47,435 nt of DNA from Planctomycetota bacterium (GTDB lineage Bacteria > Planctomycetota > MHYJ01 > JACQXL01 > CAKKQI01): assembly GCA_030633885.1 (NCBI GenBank), contig DAOWBV010000002.1:1-47435 (forward strand), read 5' to 3'. Each line of letters begins with the position of its first letter. The first letter of the stretch is position 1. The position numbers were made by a program, and so were the translations under genes. Positions 17,741-27,617 of the stretch are shown here, piece after piece. The notes beneath the pieces are model-generated. The model did not search any database and was not told where the DNA came from. It worked only from the letters and a program-made list of their open reading frames with translations.

Positions 17741-20530
17741 GTGAAAAAATCTGAATCCGCATATAATCCTCAAGAAGTCGAAGAAAATATTTATAAGTTC
17801 TGGGAAGAAAATAATTATTTTCACGGCGAAGTAAAAATTGGCGGCAGGCCTTTTTCTGTAGTTATCCCACCACCCAATATTACCGGCATTCTTCATATGG
17901 GCCACGTTATGGATAATACCCCGCAGGACATTATTATTCGCTTAAAGCGAATGCAGGGTTTTGAGACGACCTGGGTGCCGGGAACTGATCATGCCGGGAT
18001 CGCCACCCAGAACGCGGTAGAAAAAAAACTGGCGGCGGAAAACATTAAGCGGGACGATCTCGGTCGCTACAAGTTCATTGAGCGGGTCTGGCAATGGAAA
18101 GAGCAATATGGCGGGACTATCATTAACCAGCTGAAACGCCTGGGTTGTTCCTGTGATTGGAGCCGGTTGCGTTTTACCATGGATTCAGATTATTCGCAGT
18201 CCGTCACCGAAGTTTTTTGCCAGCTTTACCAGAAAGGTTTGATCTACCGGGGTAATTATATTATTAATTGGTGTCCGCGCTGTCAGACAGCGTTATCTGA
18301 CGAGGAAGTGGAGCATCGCGAGATCGAGGGTGGGCTTTACTGGATTAAATATTCCTTTAAAAATTTACCGGGGAAAAATGATTCCCAAAATAAACCGCCA
18401 GCCGATCATATTTTGGTTGCCACCACTCGTCCGGAAACTATGCTGGGCGATACGGCCGTGGCTGTTCACCCGACCGATCAACGCTATAAAAACTTAACTG
18501 GCGCAACTCTTACTTTGCCGCTTTTGGAACGGGAGATCCCTTTAGTCAAAGATGATTTTGCCGATCCGAAATTTGGATCCGGCGCGGTCAAAGTTACCCC
18601 GGCCCATGATCCTAATGACTTTGAGATTGGTAAACGGCATGGTTTGGAAGAGATCATGGTAATCGGTCCGGATGGCCGGATGACTAAAGCGGCTGGACCG
18701 TATCAGGGCCTGGATCGTTTTGCCTGTCGGAAGAAAGTGGTCAAAGATTTAGAAGAGCAGGGATTATTTTTGAAAAAAGAAGTTCATCGTCATTCTGTTG
18801 GTCATTGTTACCGGTGTGAAACGATCATTGAACCGTATCTTTCCCGGCAGTGGTTCATTAAAATGAAACCCTTGGCCAAACCGGCCATTGAGGCCGTAAA
18901 AAAAGGACAGGTTAAATTTTTCCCGGATCGTTGGAATAAAGTTTATATGGAGTGGATGGTCAACATTCGCGACTGGTGTATTTCCCGTCAGTTATGGTGG
19001 GGGCATCAGATCCCGGTCTGGTATTGCCAGAAAAGTCAAAAAGAGGATACCCCGCCTTGTCCGCCGATTGTTAGCGCGAGTACGCCGAAGAAATGCCCGA
19101 AATGTAAAGGTGTTAAATTGGTCCGCGACCCGGACGTGTTGGACACCTGGTTTTCTTCCTGGCTTTGGCCGTTCGCAGTTTTTGGCTGGCCGCCCGCCGA
19201 GCAAAAGAAATCATATAAAAAGCATTCAACCCGGATAATAAAAGGTATTAGTTCGCTGGAATATTTTTATCCGACCAGTTGGTTAAATGCCGGTAAGGAT
19301 ATTTTGTTTTTCTGGGTGGCCCGAATGATCATGGCCGGATTAGAATTCACCAACCATGTTCCTTTTCGGCATGTTTATATTCACGGTATTGCCCGAGACG
19401 ACCGAGGGCGGAAATTAAGTAAGTCTCTGGGTAATTCGCCTGATCCCATGGACTTGATCGCCCGTTACGGCGCGGATGCCTTACGGTTTGGTATTATGGC
19501 TAACATTCCGTTAGGCGGAGATATTTCTTTATCAGATGATGTCTACGCTTCCGGCCGAAATTTTTGTAATAAACTTTGGAATGCCAGTCGGCTGGTATTG
19601 ATGAACTTGGCCGAAGCCAAATCGCCGACCGCCGAAAATGGAAAAGGACGATCCGACCCGGGCCGTTTTGAGGACCGCTGGATATTAAGCCGTTTAAATA
19701 CCACAATCCGTGATTATACCCGGGCGCTGGAAACCTATGAGTTTAGCCAGGCCGCCCATATTATTTATCATTTTTTCTGGGGTGATCTTTGCGATTGGTA
19801 TCTGGAAATGATTAAACCGCGGCTTTACCAGAAAGAGGCTTCCGCTGATCGCGATTCCGTGGCCGCGATCCTGCTATCGGTTTTTAATAATACTTTAAGA
19901 TTATTGCATCCCTTTGTTCCTTTTATTACGGAAGAACTCTGGCAAAAATTTAAGAAAACGACCAATCATGAATCGTTTAACCGACCCGTTGCGCTCATTA
20001 AAGCTGTTTGGCCCGAGGTTGATCCGTACCGGATCAATAAGACTGTGGAAAAAAACATGAGTCAGCTAATTGATATTATCCGGGGGGTTCGCGATATCCG
20101 GAACAAAATGAATATTGACGCACGTAAACCTTTAGCGGTTTTTATTTCTGCTAAATCTAAAAATCAGATTAAATTGATCAAAGATCATCTGGACCTGATT
20201 AAGCAGATGGCTTTTTTGGGCGAAGTAACTATCGGAATGCGGTTAACCAAACCGCCTCATTCCGCAACAGCGGTTCTTGACGAAGCTGATATCTTCGTAC
20301 CGTTGGAAGGGATCATTGATCTGGAAGTGGAAAAGAAAAGACTGGCGAACCGGTTAAAAAAGATCAGAGAACAGCTAATGAAAGTAAAGGGTAAACTCGA
20401 CAGCCACGAATTTCGGAAAAAAGCTCCGGCGACAGTGGTTAAGAAAGAAAGACAAAGACTGGACGATTTGACCACTCAAGTCAATAAACTCAATTCCAAT
20501 CTGCAGGATCTGACCGGCCCCACCAGCTAG
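17741..20530 (+). CDS. valS: Valine--tRNA ligase
   Basis: PPPNITGILHMGH (HIGH), KLSKSLGN (KMSKS), C-terminal coiled coil. GTG start. Confidence 0.95.
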   Translation: MKKSESAYNPQEVEENIYKFWEENNYFHGEVKIGGRPFSVVIPPPNITGILHMGHVMDNTPQDIIIRLKRMQGFETTWVPGTDHAGIATQNAVEKKLAAENIKRDDLGRYKFIERVWQWKEQYGGTIINQLKRLGCSCDWSRLRFTMDSDYSQSVTEVFCQLYQKGLIYRGNYIINWCPRCQTALSDEEVEHREIEGGLYWIKYSFKNLPGKNDSQNKPPADHILVATTRPETMLGDTAVAVHPTDQRYKNLTGATLTLPLLEREIPLVKDDFADPKFGSGAVKVTPAHDPNDFEIGKRHGLEEIMVIGPDGRMTKAAGPYQGLDRFACRKKVVKDLEEQGLFLKKEVHRHSVGHCYRCETIIEPYLSRQWFIKMKPLAKPAIEAVKKGQVKFFPDRWNKVYMEWMVNIRDWCISRQLWWGHQIPVWYCQKSQKEDTPPCPPIVSASTPKKCPKCKGVKLVRDPDVLDTWFSSWLWPFAVFGWPPAEQKKSYKKHSTRIIKGISSLEYFYPTSWLNAGKDILFFWVARMIMAGLEFTNHVPFRHVYIHGIARDDRGRKLSKSLGNSPDPMDLIARYGADALRFGIMANIPLGGDISLSDDVYASGRNFCNKLWNASRLVLMNLAEAKSPTAENGKGRSDPGRFEDRWILSRLNTTIRDYTRALETYEFSQAAHIIYHFFWGDLCDWYLEMIKPRLYQKEASADRDSVAAILLSVFNNTLRLLHPFVPFITEELWQKFKKTTNHESFNRPVALIKAVWPEVDPYRINKTVEKNMSQLIDIIRGVRDIRNKMNIDARKPLAVFISAKSKNQIKLIKDHLDLIKQMAFLGEVTIGMRLTKPPHSATAVLDEADIFVPLEGIIDLEVEKKRLANRLKKIREQLMKVKGKLDSHEFRKKAPATVVKKERQRLDDLTTQVNKLNSNLQDLTGPTS

Positions 20531-20531
20531 A

Positions 20532-20561
20532 CTCGTTAGAGATTATGATGTAAAACTACTT
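20532..20561. repeat. MITE-like element family, copy 2 (solo end)
   Basis: CGTTAGAGATTATGATGTAAAACTACTT (20534-20561) matches the reverse complement of 37289-37316 at 27 of 28 positions. It starts 2 nt after the valS stop. No partner terminus was found downstream. Confidence 0.55.
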
Positions 20562-20658
20562 GGCCATAATTATGTCCTGGTCATTAATATTGATGGGCCA
20601 AGTAATAGACGGCTTGCCTGTCCGCCGCTATGTTTTGGTATGCGGGCTTTTACTTTGG

Positions 20659-21387
20659 TTAGACCTTGATCCGAAAATGTTTTTTTAGAATCGTTGACAA
20701 TTCCCTGAAATTGCGAATGAGATAGTCTGGCCGGGTCCGTCCACGCTCGTAAAAATATTTTCCGCTCCGGGCGACCAGCACGGTCGTCATCCCGATCTGA
20801 TTAGCCGGGTCAATGTCGGTCAGGGGGTTGTCACCGACGTACATGGTTTCAAATGGCTGAACATTTAAATCCCGGCAGGCACGTTGGTAAAGTTTCGGGT
20901 TGGGTTTACTGATGCCGATCTGGTCAGAAATGAAAAGTGCTTGCGGGTCGAAAAGTGTATACAGTTTTAACCGGAGTAATTTTTCCGCCTGTTTAACCTC
21001 TAACCCGGCGGAAATGACACCGGGAATCAGATTAGTTCGTTTTAGTTTTTTGAGTAACTGAACCGCGTCCGAAAAAGGGGTCATCCCCCGGAATTTGGTT
21101 TCGTGATAAGCGATCACTGCCGCGGCGACCAGCACGACCGGATTGATTCCCTGGTAAGAACTTTTAGGGATTCGGAGCAGGAGTTTATCAAAATGATGGT
21201 CATAGTTGCTGGTAAACTCAGCGATTAATTCAGTTAATTCTTTGACCACCAATGCGTGTGGTAGCCTTAAACCGGCTTTGATCATTGCGGCGACACTATT
21301 TGCCCGGGCCCGCCGGGCGAATTCCGTGGTCGAATAAAGCGTGTCGTCAATATCAAACAAAACCGCCTTAAGTTTTTTCTTTTTCAA
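20659..21387 (-). CDS. HAD-superfamily hydrolase
   Basis: AVLFDIDDTLY motif I and YVGDNPLTDI motif IV. Confidence 0.8.
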   Translation of the reverse strand: MKKKKLKAVLFDIDDTLYSTTEFARRARANSVAAMIKAGLRLPHALVVKELTELIAEFTSNYDHHFDKLLLRIPKSSYQGINPVVLVAAAVIAYHETKFRGMTPFSDAVQLLKKLKRTNLIPGVISAGLEVKQAEKLLRLKLYTLFDPQALFISDQIGISKPNPKLYQRACRDLNVQPFETMYVGDNPLTDIDPANQIGMTTVLVARSGKYFYERGRTRPDYLIRNFRELSTILKKHFRIKV

Positions 21388-21476
21388 AGTAAACCTCGGG
21401 TGGGTGATGATGAAATGTGTCGATGGGAATAATCCCCCGTTCTATTACCCCCGCTATTTTTTTAATTTAATCCGTG

Positions 21477-24400
21477 TTATTCGACTTCTTTTTCCAGTTC
21501 AGATAATTCCAGGATCTCAGCTTTGATCATGATCATCATATTCTGCTTTTCTTTCGTTTTGGCTCTGCGCCGGAAAAACATACCGATAATTGGTATGTTT
21601 GATAGAAACGGAGTGCTCAGGCTTACATCCTGATCGACAACGTTTTTCATCCCACCGAGTAAAAGGGTGCCCCTATCCGGGACCATAATGCTGGATCGGA
21701 CTCGCTGGAGTTGGATCCAGGGAAGTTGTAATGAAAGCTGGTTATCATCAACACCCCGACCAGCCGTAATGCTGAAATTCTGCAGATCGATCAAACTGGC
21801 TAGAGTTGTGAAAATATGCAAAGTGATATATTTTCGGTCGTAACTCATGACCGGTTTAACATCCAGTACTACGCCGGTTTGAAAGGTCGCCAGAACCGTG
21901 TCATACGCCACTGCGCCGGAGACGACTTCCAGGTCCTGGATATAAGTCTGTTGTCTCAAGTAAGCCACGTGGGCCCGCTGGGCGTTGAAAACAACCAGTT
22001 TCGGGGCATCCAAAACTGTGCCTTTACCGGTTTTTTCTAAAGCCCGAAAAAGAATGTTTATCTGCGTGTTACCTAATATTGAATACTGAAGACCTATTCC
22101 CCCGGAATTAGTCAGCCTGACGCCCGGCGCGAATTGAGAAAAATTATTAGGGTTCAGAAAAGAATAAGCGCTTCGGAACCGCTGGTCACGGGCACCGCCG
22201 GGATTGGAGGTAAACCCGGCAGGATTGGGGGCAGGGAGAGTAGCATTCGAAGGATCCACATTATTCGGGGCGTCGGTCAGGTCGCGCCATGCGAACCCGA
22301 CATCTTCCAGAAAATCATCGGTCACCGCCAGGAAAATACTATCAACCGCGATCATGCTGCCGCTGAAAGAACGCATGGTTTGTAAAAATTCAGCGACTTT
22401 TCGTTGTATTTCCGGCGTGTTAATGACTATCAATCGATTGGATTCACCTATCTGTTCGATGCTGGCACCTTCGATTTCCCAATTGGACTGGACTGTATGA
22501 TTCTGAATCATTTCGATTAATTTCTCAATATCCGGTGTTGGCTTGGCGATAGTGTCAACCGGCGGAGCCTGCCAGCCTGGTCCGCCGCTGGCCGTCGGTA
22601 ATTCCATGCTCGGACCGGCGAAATCCGGTGCCTGACGGACGATATTATCAATACCGTAGACCCGGATTTGCAGATCGGCCGTGTTGCTGGCGGATTGAAC
22701 GATCCAGAGACTTTTATTTTTAAAAATGTAGGTTAAATCATACTGATTTAAAAGATGCTGCAGGCCGGCGCTCAGTGGTAATCCCCGGACGTTTAAACTT
22801 CTTTTTTCCTGCGGGACACGGGAATTATTGACTTCGGCGTCAAACTGGATCGGTATTTTATAAGTCTGCTGGAGATAGTCGATTACTTCGTACAAAGTAT
22901 TAGAACCATCCAAGTTGAAAGGATGTTTGATGCTTTCCAGTTTTCTTTTGATATCCAGGATATCAGGATCCTCAGCTATTTCGGTGGCGGTCAATCCGGG
23001 CGGCTTTCTTTTTTTGACTTCCTCCCAAATTCGGCGGTCGTACCGGATCAGTTGATCTTCCGCAAAAGGGATAGTAGAAACGTCAATGTCGTCAATAATT
23101 CGTTTCCAGTTTTCTACTTTCAATTCGACATAATCTTTCCAGGTTTTTTTATGCCGGGCCCGGATGCTGTCTTCTTTTAACTCCTGGGCCGGCCGGAAAG
23201 TGGGTGCCAGACGCAGGATCTTATCAGCCAGCCGTTCAGCATCTTCGTAATTAGTCTGTTGGAAATTTAAAATAGCTTCGTTGAATAATCTTTTTATTTT
23301 CTGGACTAATTCTTGCTGTCGTTTTTCTTCTTCCTTCCGGGCCAATTCTTCCGCGGCCCGTCGCTGTTGCTGGACCAAAACCGATTCGTGTTTCGCCTGA
23401 CGTGCCTTGACTTTTTTAATCCGTTGCCGGGCTTTGGTCCGGTATGCAGAAAGGCCGATGTCATAAGGCATCCAGCGCAGTTTTTCTTCCACGGTTTCAA
23501 ATTCCTTAAGAGCTTTCCGATATTCATTATCGCTTAAATAACGCTCGCCTTTCAGGAAATGGTTATTGATCTCCTTTTCTACCGCCTGAACTTTTATCCG
23601 CAGTTGGTTCTCCAGGAAATCCTTAACGGTTTGTATTTCGGCGGAACGGTCGCCCAGCAGATAATGGATTTTTCTTAACAATTCCTGAGCTCCTTTGTGT
23701 TGGGGGTTGAGCTCTAATGATTTTTGGATGTTATCCTCGGCTTGCTGGTACTGCGACTGTTTATATAATTTCAGGCCCGTTTCATAATATTTCTGGGCCA
23801 TAAACTCTTTTTCCTGCATCTTAATGGTTTTTTCCTGCTCTAGTTTTTCCATGACGCCGATCGGCGAATCCAAGGTGTCCGGTAATTCCGGTTTGACCAG
23901 GACAACCGCTGGTGCCGACGGTTTCGGGACCGTTGGCAAAGTTAAGGGCAAAAACGGGGTGGCCGGTGTGGTTGGCGTTGTCGGCGTCGTCGGAACGGAG
24001 GAGGTCGGGTTAAAAACCATTTTCCTGGAAGAAAATGGCAGGTCCGTGGAAAGGACTCCGAACGAGTCCGACACAGTAAAAAAATCTTCCGAAGTGATAC
24101 GAACACCCAGGGTCTGTCCGGCAACGGCCGTTTGTTTCAAGTCCGCCGTCACGAAACATATTTTCGGCTGTTCGGCGAGCGGTAAATTATTAATCGTCAC
24201 CTGCGACGTTCCGCTTTGAAAGACATCTTGACCGATTACTTGGTCTGTCATAGGATCCAAAGTGCCGTCGCCGTTATCCAGAAAGACTTTAATGGCGTTG
24301 ACGTCGGTATCATTCGCTGAACCGATCAGTTCCAATTTTAAACGAGACCAATTGACATCAGGTTCAGCCGAGGCAATTACTATCCGGGCCAGCTTGACGT

Positions 24401-24578
24401 TCTTGGTTCCGGCCGGGATTCTGTCCGGGGCAATATCCTGAACGATTACTTTAGTGCCGAACAAGTCGTCCATAATGCTCATGCCGGCCGATGATTTAGT
24501 CGGCGCGCTTCCTCCGCAACCGAATAGATTCAACAAAGCTACCAGGCTTAACGCTAACGGATAGTACTTCTTTAACAT
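21477..24578 (-). CDS. Secretin-family outer-membrane lipoprotein B (1033 aa). Domain order: Ig-like domain, PT-linker, TPR/coiled coil, N-domains, secretin domain.
   Basis: Lipobox LFGC. PTTPTTPTTPATP linker. TPR-like helices. Secretin C-terminal signature GGMKNVV...STPFLSNIPIIGMFFRRR...MMIMIKAEIL. Paralogous to the gene at 30551-33142. Confidence 0.8.
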   Translation of the reverse strand: MLKKYYPLALSLVALLNLFGCGGSAPTKSSAGMSIMDDLFGTKVIVQDIAPDRIPAGTKNVKLARIVIASAEPDVNWSRLKLELIGSANDTDVNAIKVFLDNGDGTLDPMTDQVIGQDVFQSGTSQVTINNLPLAEQPKICFVTADLKQTAVAGQTLGVRITSEDFFTVSDSFGVLSTDLPFSSRKMVFNPTSSVPTTPTTPTTPATPFLPLTLPTVPKPSAPAVVLVKPELPDTLDSPIGVMEKLEQEKTIKMQEKEFMAQKYYETGLKLYKQSQYQQAEDNIQKSLELNPQHKGAQELLRKIHYLLGDRSAEIQTVKDFLENQLRIKVQAVEKEINNHFLKGERYLSDNEYRKALKEFETVEEKLRWMPYDIGLSAYRTKARQRIKKVKARQAKHESVLVQQQRRAAEELARKEEEKRQQELVQKIKRLFNEAILNFQQTNYEDAERLADKILRLAPTFRPAQELKEDSIRARHKKTWKDYVELKVENWKRIIDDIDVSTIPFAEDQLIRYDRRIWEEVKKRKPPGLTATEIAEDPDILDIKRKLESIKHPFNLDGSNTLYEVIDYLQQTYKIPIQFDAEVNNSRVPQEKRSLNVRGLPLSAGLQHLLNQYDLTYIFKNKSLWIVQSASNTADLQIRVYGIDNIVRQAPDFAGPSMELPTASGGPGWQAPPVDTIAKPTPDIEKLIEMIQNHTVQSNWEIEGASIEQIGESNRLIVINTPEIQRKVAEFLQTMRSFSGSMIAVDSIFLAVTDDFLEDVGFAWRDLTDAPNNVDPSNATLPAPNPAGFTSNPGGARDQRFRSAYSFLNPNNFSQFAPGVRLTNSGGIGLQYSILGNTQINILFRALEKTGKGTVLDAPKLVVFNAQRAHVAYLRQQTYIQDLEVVSGAVAYDTVLATFQTGVVLDVKPVMSYDRKYITLHIFTTLASLIDLQNFSITAGRGVDDNQLSLQLPWIQLQRVRSSIMVPDRGTLLLGGMKNVVDQDVSLSTPFLSNIPIIGMFFRRRAKTKEKQNMMIMIKAEILELSELEKEVE

Positions 24579-24590
24579 TAGGACACCTCT

Positions 24591-25082
24591 TTATTCCGGG
24601 CTTTGCAGGTTTTCCGTTACCGGAGATTTAGCCGCAAATTCCACATTATCGATTCCCAAGCTCTGACAGATATTCAGGACGTGAACCACGCTCTGGAAGG
24701 GTACTTTGGGGTGGGGGTCGATTTTGAATGGGATCGGCCGTGGCGCATCTGCTTGCGAAGCGTGGATGGACGCCAATTCACCGGCTAATGCTGGCCAGGA
24801 AGCGAATTCACGGGTCCCGATCTTGATCCGCGTAAACAAGGTGCTTTTAATCGATTTGTCGAAGATCAACTGGATCCGGACTTCATCGATTATTGGATCA
24901 ACCACCACGGTACTTTCCAGTCCTTTATCTTTAGGTAAATGGGAAAAAAGCTTTCCTTCCAGTGATTTAAAAGGCGAAAGCATAAAGAAGATGAGCAACT
25001 GAAAAATCACGTCGATCATCGGGATCATATTCAGCTCGTCTTTTTTTTCTTCCGGTAAAGTACGTTTTTCTTTTCGGGCCAT
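24591..25082 (-). CDS. exbD: ExbD/TolR-family biopolymer transport protein (copy 2)
   Basis: NMIPMIDVIFQLLIFFM TM motif. The ATG at 25082 has a GAGGTG RBS, whereas the ORF-track start at 25100 is TTG. Confidence 0.85.
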   Translation of the reverse strand: MARKEKRTLPEEKKDELNMIPMIDVIFQLLIFFMLSPFKSLEGKLFSHLPKDKGLESTVVVDPIIDEVRIQLIFDKSIKSTLFTRIKIGTREFASWPALAGELASIHASQADAPRPIPFKIDPHPKVPFQSVVHVLNICQSLGIDNVEFAAKSPVTENLQSPE

Positions 25083-25107
25083 AATGTGGTCACCTCGCAA
25101 TAAAGTT

Positions 25108-25641
25108 TTAACCAGCGGGTTTAGTGGCGCCGATTTCGATTTTCCAGATCTTGGCGCGGCCGCAAGCGCTAAAGACTTTTTCTATGAACTTATAGGGGGC
25201 GCCGGCGTCTCCCCGGATCATTACCGGCCGGTTGGAAATTCCCCAGCCGCCCGATGAGGGTGGTGGGTCCCGATCAGTATCACCTTCGATCTTCAATTTC
25301 TGGATCAATTTTTCCATATTCACTGTTTCTCTTTTGATCCTGACCATCCAGTGTTTTTCGATATAACAGGGGTTGGTTAACTCTATTCGGCCCCGGTCGT
25401 TTGTTTTCAGTTGGTTGCATTCTTCATCCTCATCATGAACGACATTAATTATCAAACGGTCTTTATCCGGTTGATCATCTTCCACGGCTTCGGTGGCGAT
25501 GGGCAGGTAGACCCGTTCGATTTCCATCGCGGCGACTTCGGTGACCAGCATAAAGAAGATCAACAGCTGAAAGACCACGTCGATCATCGGGGTCATGTTA
25601 AACCCCGGGTCTTCGGCCATCTTCGCTTTTTTTATTTTCAT
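25108..25641 (-). CDS. exbD: ExbD/TolR-family biopolymer transport protein (copy 1, with an insertion in the periplasmic domain)
   Basis: NMTPMIDVVFQLLIFFML TM motif. Confidence 0.85.
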   Translation of the reverse strand: MKIKKAKMAEDPGFNMTPMIDVVFQLLIFFMLVTEVAAMEIERVYLPIATEAVEDDQPDKDRLIINVVHDEDEECNQLKTNDRGRIELTNPCYIEKHWMVRIKRETVNMEKLIQKLKIEGDTDRDPPPSSGGWGISNRPVMIRGDAGAPYKFIEKVFSACGRAKIWKIEIGATKPAG

Positions 25642-25658
25642 GGTCCAGTCCTTTTGAT

Positions 25659-26408
25659 TTATTGTTCCGCCGGGGCGTTTTCCACGGGCAGCTGTTTGAA
25701 TTTATCGATAAATTCACCGCAGATCATTCCGATTTCCAGAATATACCGGTTGACCTTATTCTTGAAAAAGAAATTGAAAGATAACGCCGGAATGGCGGCG
25801 ACCAGACCCAAGACGGTCGTGGCCAGCGCGGTGGTAATACCGCCGGCCAGCAGTTTCGGGCTCGGGGCGGCGACGCTTTTAATGACCATAAAGGAGTTGA
25901 TCATCCCGACGACGGTCCCGAGCAATCCGATCATCGGAGCCGTGTTACCGATCAGGGAAAGGTAACTGATCTTCTGGTGCAGTTTGTTGGCCTCTTCCAG
26001 GCCGGTTTCTTCCATGGCTTGGATCATCGCTTCGTAGCCGTCATTCATTTTGGACAGGGCCGCGCCGATAATGTTACAGAAAAAATTCTGGTTCGCGCTG
26101 CAGAGCGTGATCGCTTCTTCATATTGGCCTTCATCGACCAGCGCTTCCAATTCGGCGATGACCTCCGGTGGGCAGAGTTTGTTTCGGTTGATGTTCACAA
26201 AGTGTTCGATGACCAGCGCCAGGGCGGCGACCATTAACACGATAATGAAAGCGCCGATTGGCCCGCCGGCCACAACGTAGCGAGTAAATAAACTTTCCTT
26301 GGGAATATCTTGATCATCATCATCATCTTGGGCCATCAGCATTGGGCAGATGGCCATCAGGCCAACAAAAACAATTAACATCAACCAGATCACTTTTTTA
26401 CTTCCCAT
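25659..26408 (-). CDS. exbB: MotA/TolQ/ExbB-family proton channel with an N-terminal signal/periplasmic extension
   Basis: IGLLGTVVGMINSF and TTALATTVLGLVAAIPA motifs. AGGAGG RBS. Confidence 0.88.
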   Translation of the reverse strand: MGSKKVIWLMLIVFVGLMAICPMLMAQDDDDDQDIPKESLFTRYVVAGGPIGAFIIVLMVAALALVIEHFVNINRNKLCPPEVIAELEALVDEGQYEEAITLCSANQNFFCNIIGAALSKMNDGYEAMIQAMEETGLEEANKLHQKISYLSLIGNTAPMIGLLGTVVGMINSFMVIKSVAAPSPKLLAGGITTALATTVLGLVAAIPALSFNFFFKNKVNRYILEIGMICGEFIDKFKQLPVENAPAEQ

Positions 26409-26436
26409 AACGCCCTTTCCTCCTATCTAAATCTCA

Positions 26437-27567
26437 TTATTTAATTTTTTTTATCCAAGGTGAATTCGGATATCTGTTTTTCAGGTCATCGTAAAGGCCG
26501 TGAGCATAGTTTTTGTAAATCTTTCTTTTTTCTTTGGGTAAAGATTTACTTAACTTTTTAAAGCACTGGCCCGCCTGGAACATTGCTTTTTCCGCCTCAA
26601 ATGTTGACCCGTTATCTGGCGGGGGATACATTAAATAAGACCGGAGATAATTAAACAGGGGTTTCTTGTACATAGTCGGGTCCTGACCGTTGTTGGCTTC
26701 CTGAAAATTACAATCACCCAGTCCGTTATAAGCCCCGGCCCGCGCTTCAAAACTTTTATATTGTGAGATCACCGATTCAAATATTTTTTTTGCTTTGCCA
26801 TAATCCTTGTGAGCGGTAATATAACAACGACCTCGCCCGACCATTGCAATAGCTGCTATGTCTGGAAGATTTGTTGCCTGCTGGCTGATGTTGGCATAAA
26901 GCGGTTGAGCCTGGTCCGGCTGACCGTTGTTTTCGAGAATATTGGCTTTCAAGAGATCGAATTTCAGCAGTGATTCTTGATCCAAGCCAGCCGCGCTTCC
27001 TTGCTTTCGAGCCTCGACCATCGCGGCCACTGCTTTGGCGATATCCTTTTGGGCCAGATAACATTGGGCGATATTCTCGTAGGCTTCCCGGAAATAACGG
27101 GTATCCGGGATTTCTTTCAACAGGTGTTCATACGCTTTAACGGCCTGACCGAATTTTCGATCTGATTGATAACACCGGGCGATATTAAACAACATATGCT
27201 GTTTGAAAAGAGCCCGCGTTTTGCTGCTTTTGATGTCTTCCAGTATTTCCTGGTAAACCTTGATTGCCTTGTCGTACTCTCTTTGGCTCTGGCTGTTCTG
27301 AGCATTGAAATATTTGTACGGCTGGTTGGCGTATTTAATATTTTTGATTTCATTCAGTTTGAATTTTCTGGTTTTTAACTCCACGCCTTTAAAACTTTCC
27401 TTGATGATAGTTCCTTTGGCTTCCATGATCGTGGTGCCGTCTGTGGAATAAACGATCGTATCTTCCTGTTGGCCCTGGGCCAGTCCGTCTGGCGGACTAA
27501 GCATCTGGCCTAATAGCCCCAGGCTGAGCAGGATGAATATGGCGGCGATTTTTGTTGATCTCATCAT
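26437..27567 (-). CDS. Secreted TPR-repeat protein (376 aa)
   Basis: Signal peptide, a small N-terminal beta region, then multiple TPR-like A/Y/F-spaced helices. Confidence 0.7.
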   Translation of the reverse strand: MMRSTKIAAIFILLSLGLLGQMLSPPDGLAQGQQEDTIVYSTDGTTIMEAKGTIIKESFKGVELKTRKFKLNEIKNIKYANQPYKYFNAQNSQSQREYDKAIKVYQEILEDIKSSKTRALFKQHMLFNIARCYQSDRKFGQAVKAYEHLLKEIPDTRYFREAYENIAQCYLAQKDIAKAVAAMVEARKQGSAAGLDQESLLKFDLLKANILENNGQPDQAQPLYANISQQATNLPDIAAIAMVGRGRCYITAHKDYGKAKKIFESVISQYKSFEARAGAYNGLGDCNFQEANNGQDPTMYKKPLFNYLRSYLMYPPPDNGSTFEAEKAMFQAGQCFKKLSKSLPKEKRKIYKNYAHGLYDDLKNRYPNSPWIKKIK

Positions 27568-27617
27568 ACTAAACTTCCCCCTCTAAATTAGCAAGCGCTC
27601 ATTATAGCAAATTATTA

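Noticed and set aside
20559-20603. XerCD dif site at the strand-convergence point
   Set aside because: CCATAATTATGTCC contains ATAA/TTATGT-like half sites. However, they are adjacent, without the 6-bp central spacer, and the flanking arms do not match the dif consensus.
20622-20651. Intrinsic terminator after valS (CCGC...GCGG followed by TTTT)
   Set aside because: The stem is only ~4 bp with a 13-nt loop. That is too weak to call.
25411-25965. 184-aa plus-strand ORF across the exbD/exbB junction
   Set aside because: It is antisense to strongly supported ExbD and ExbB genes and has no motifs.
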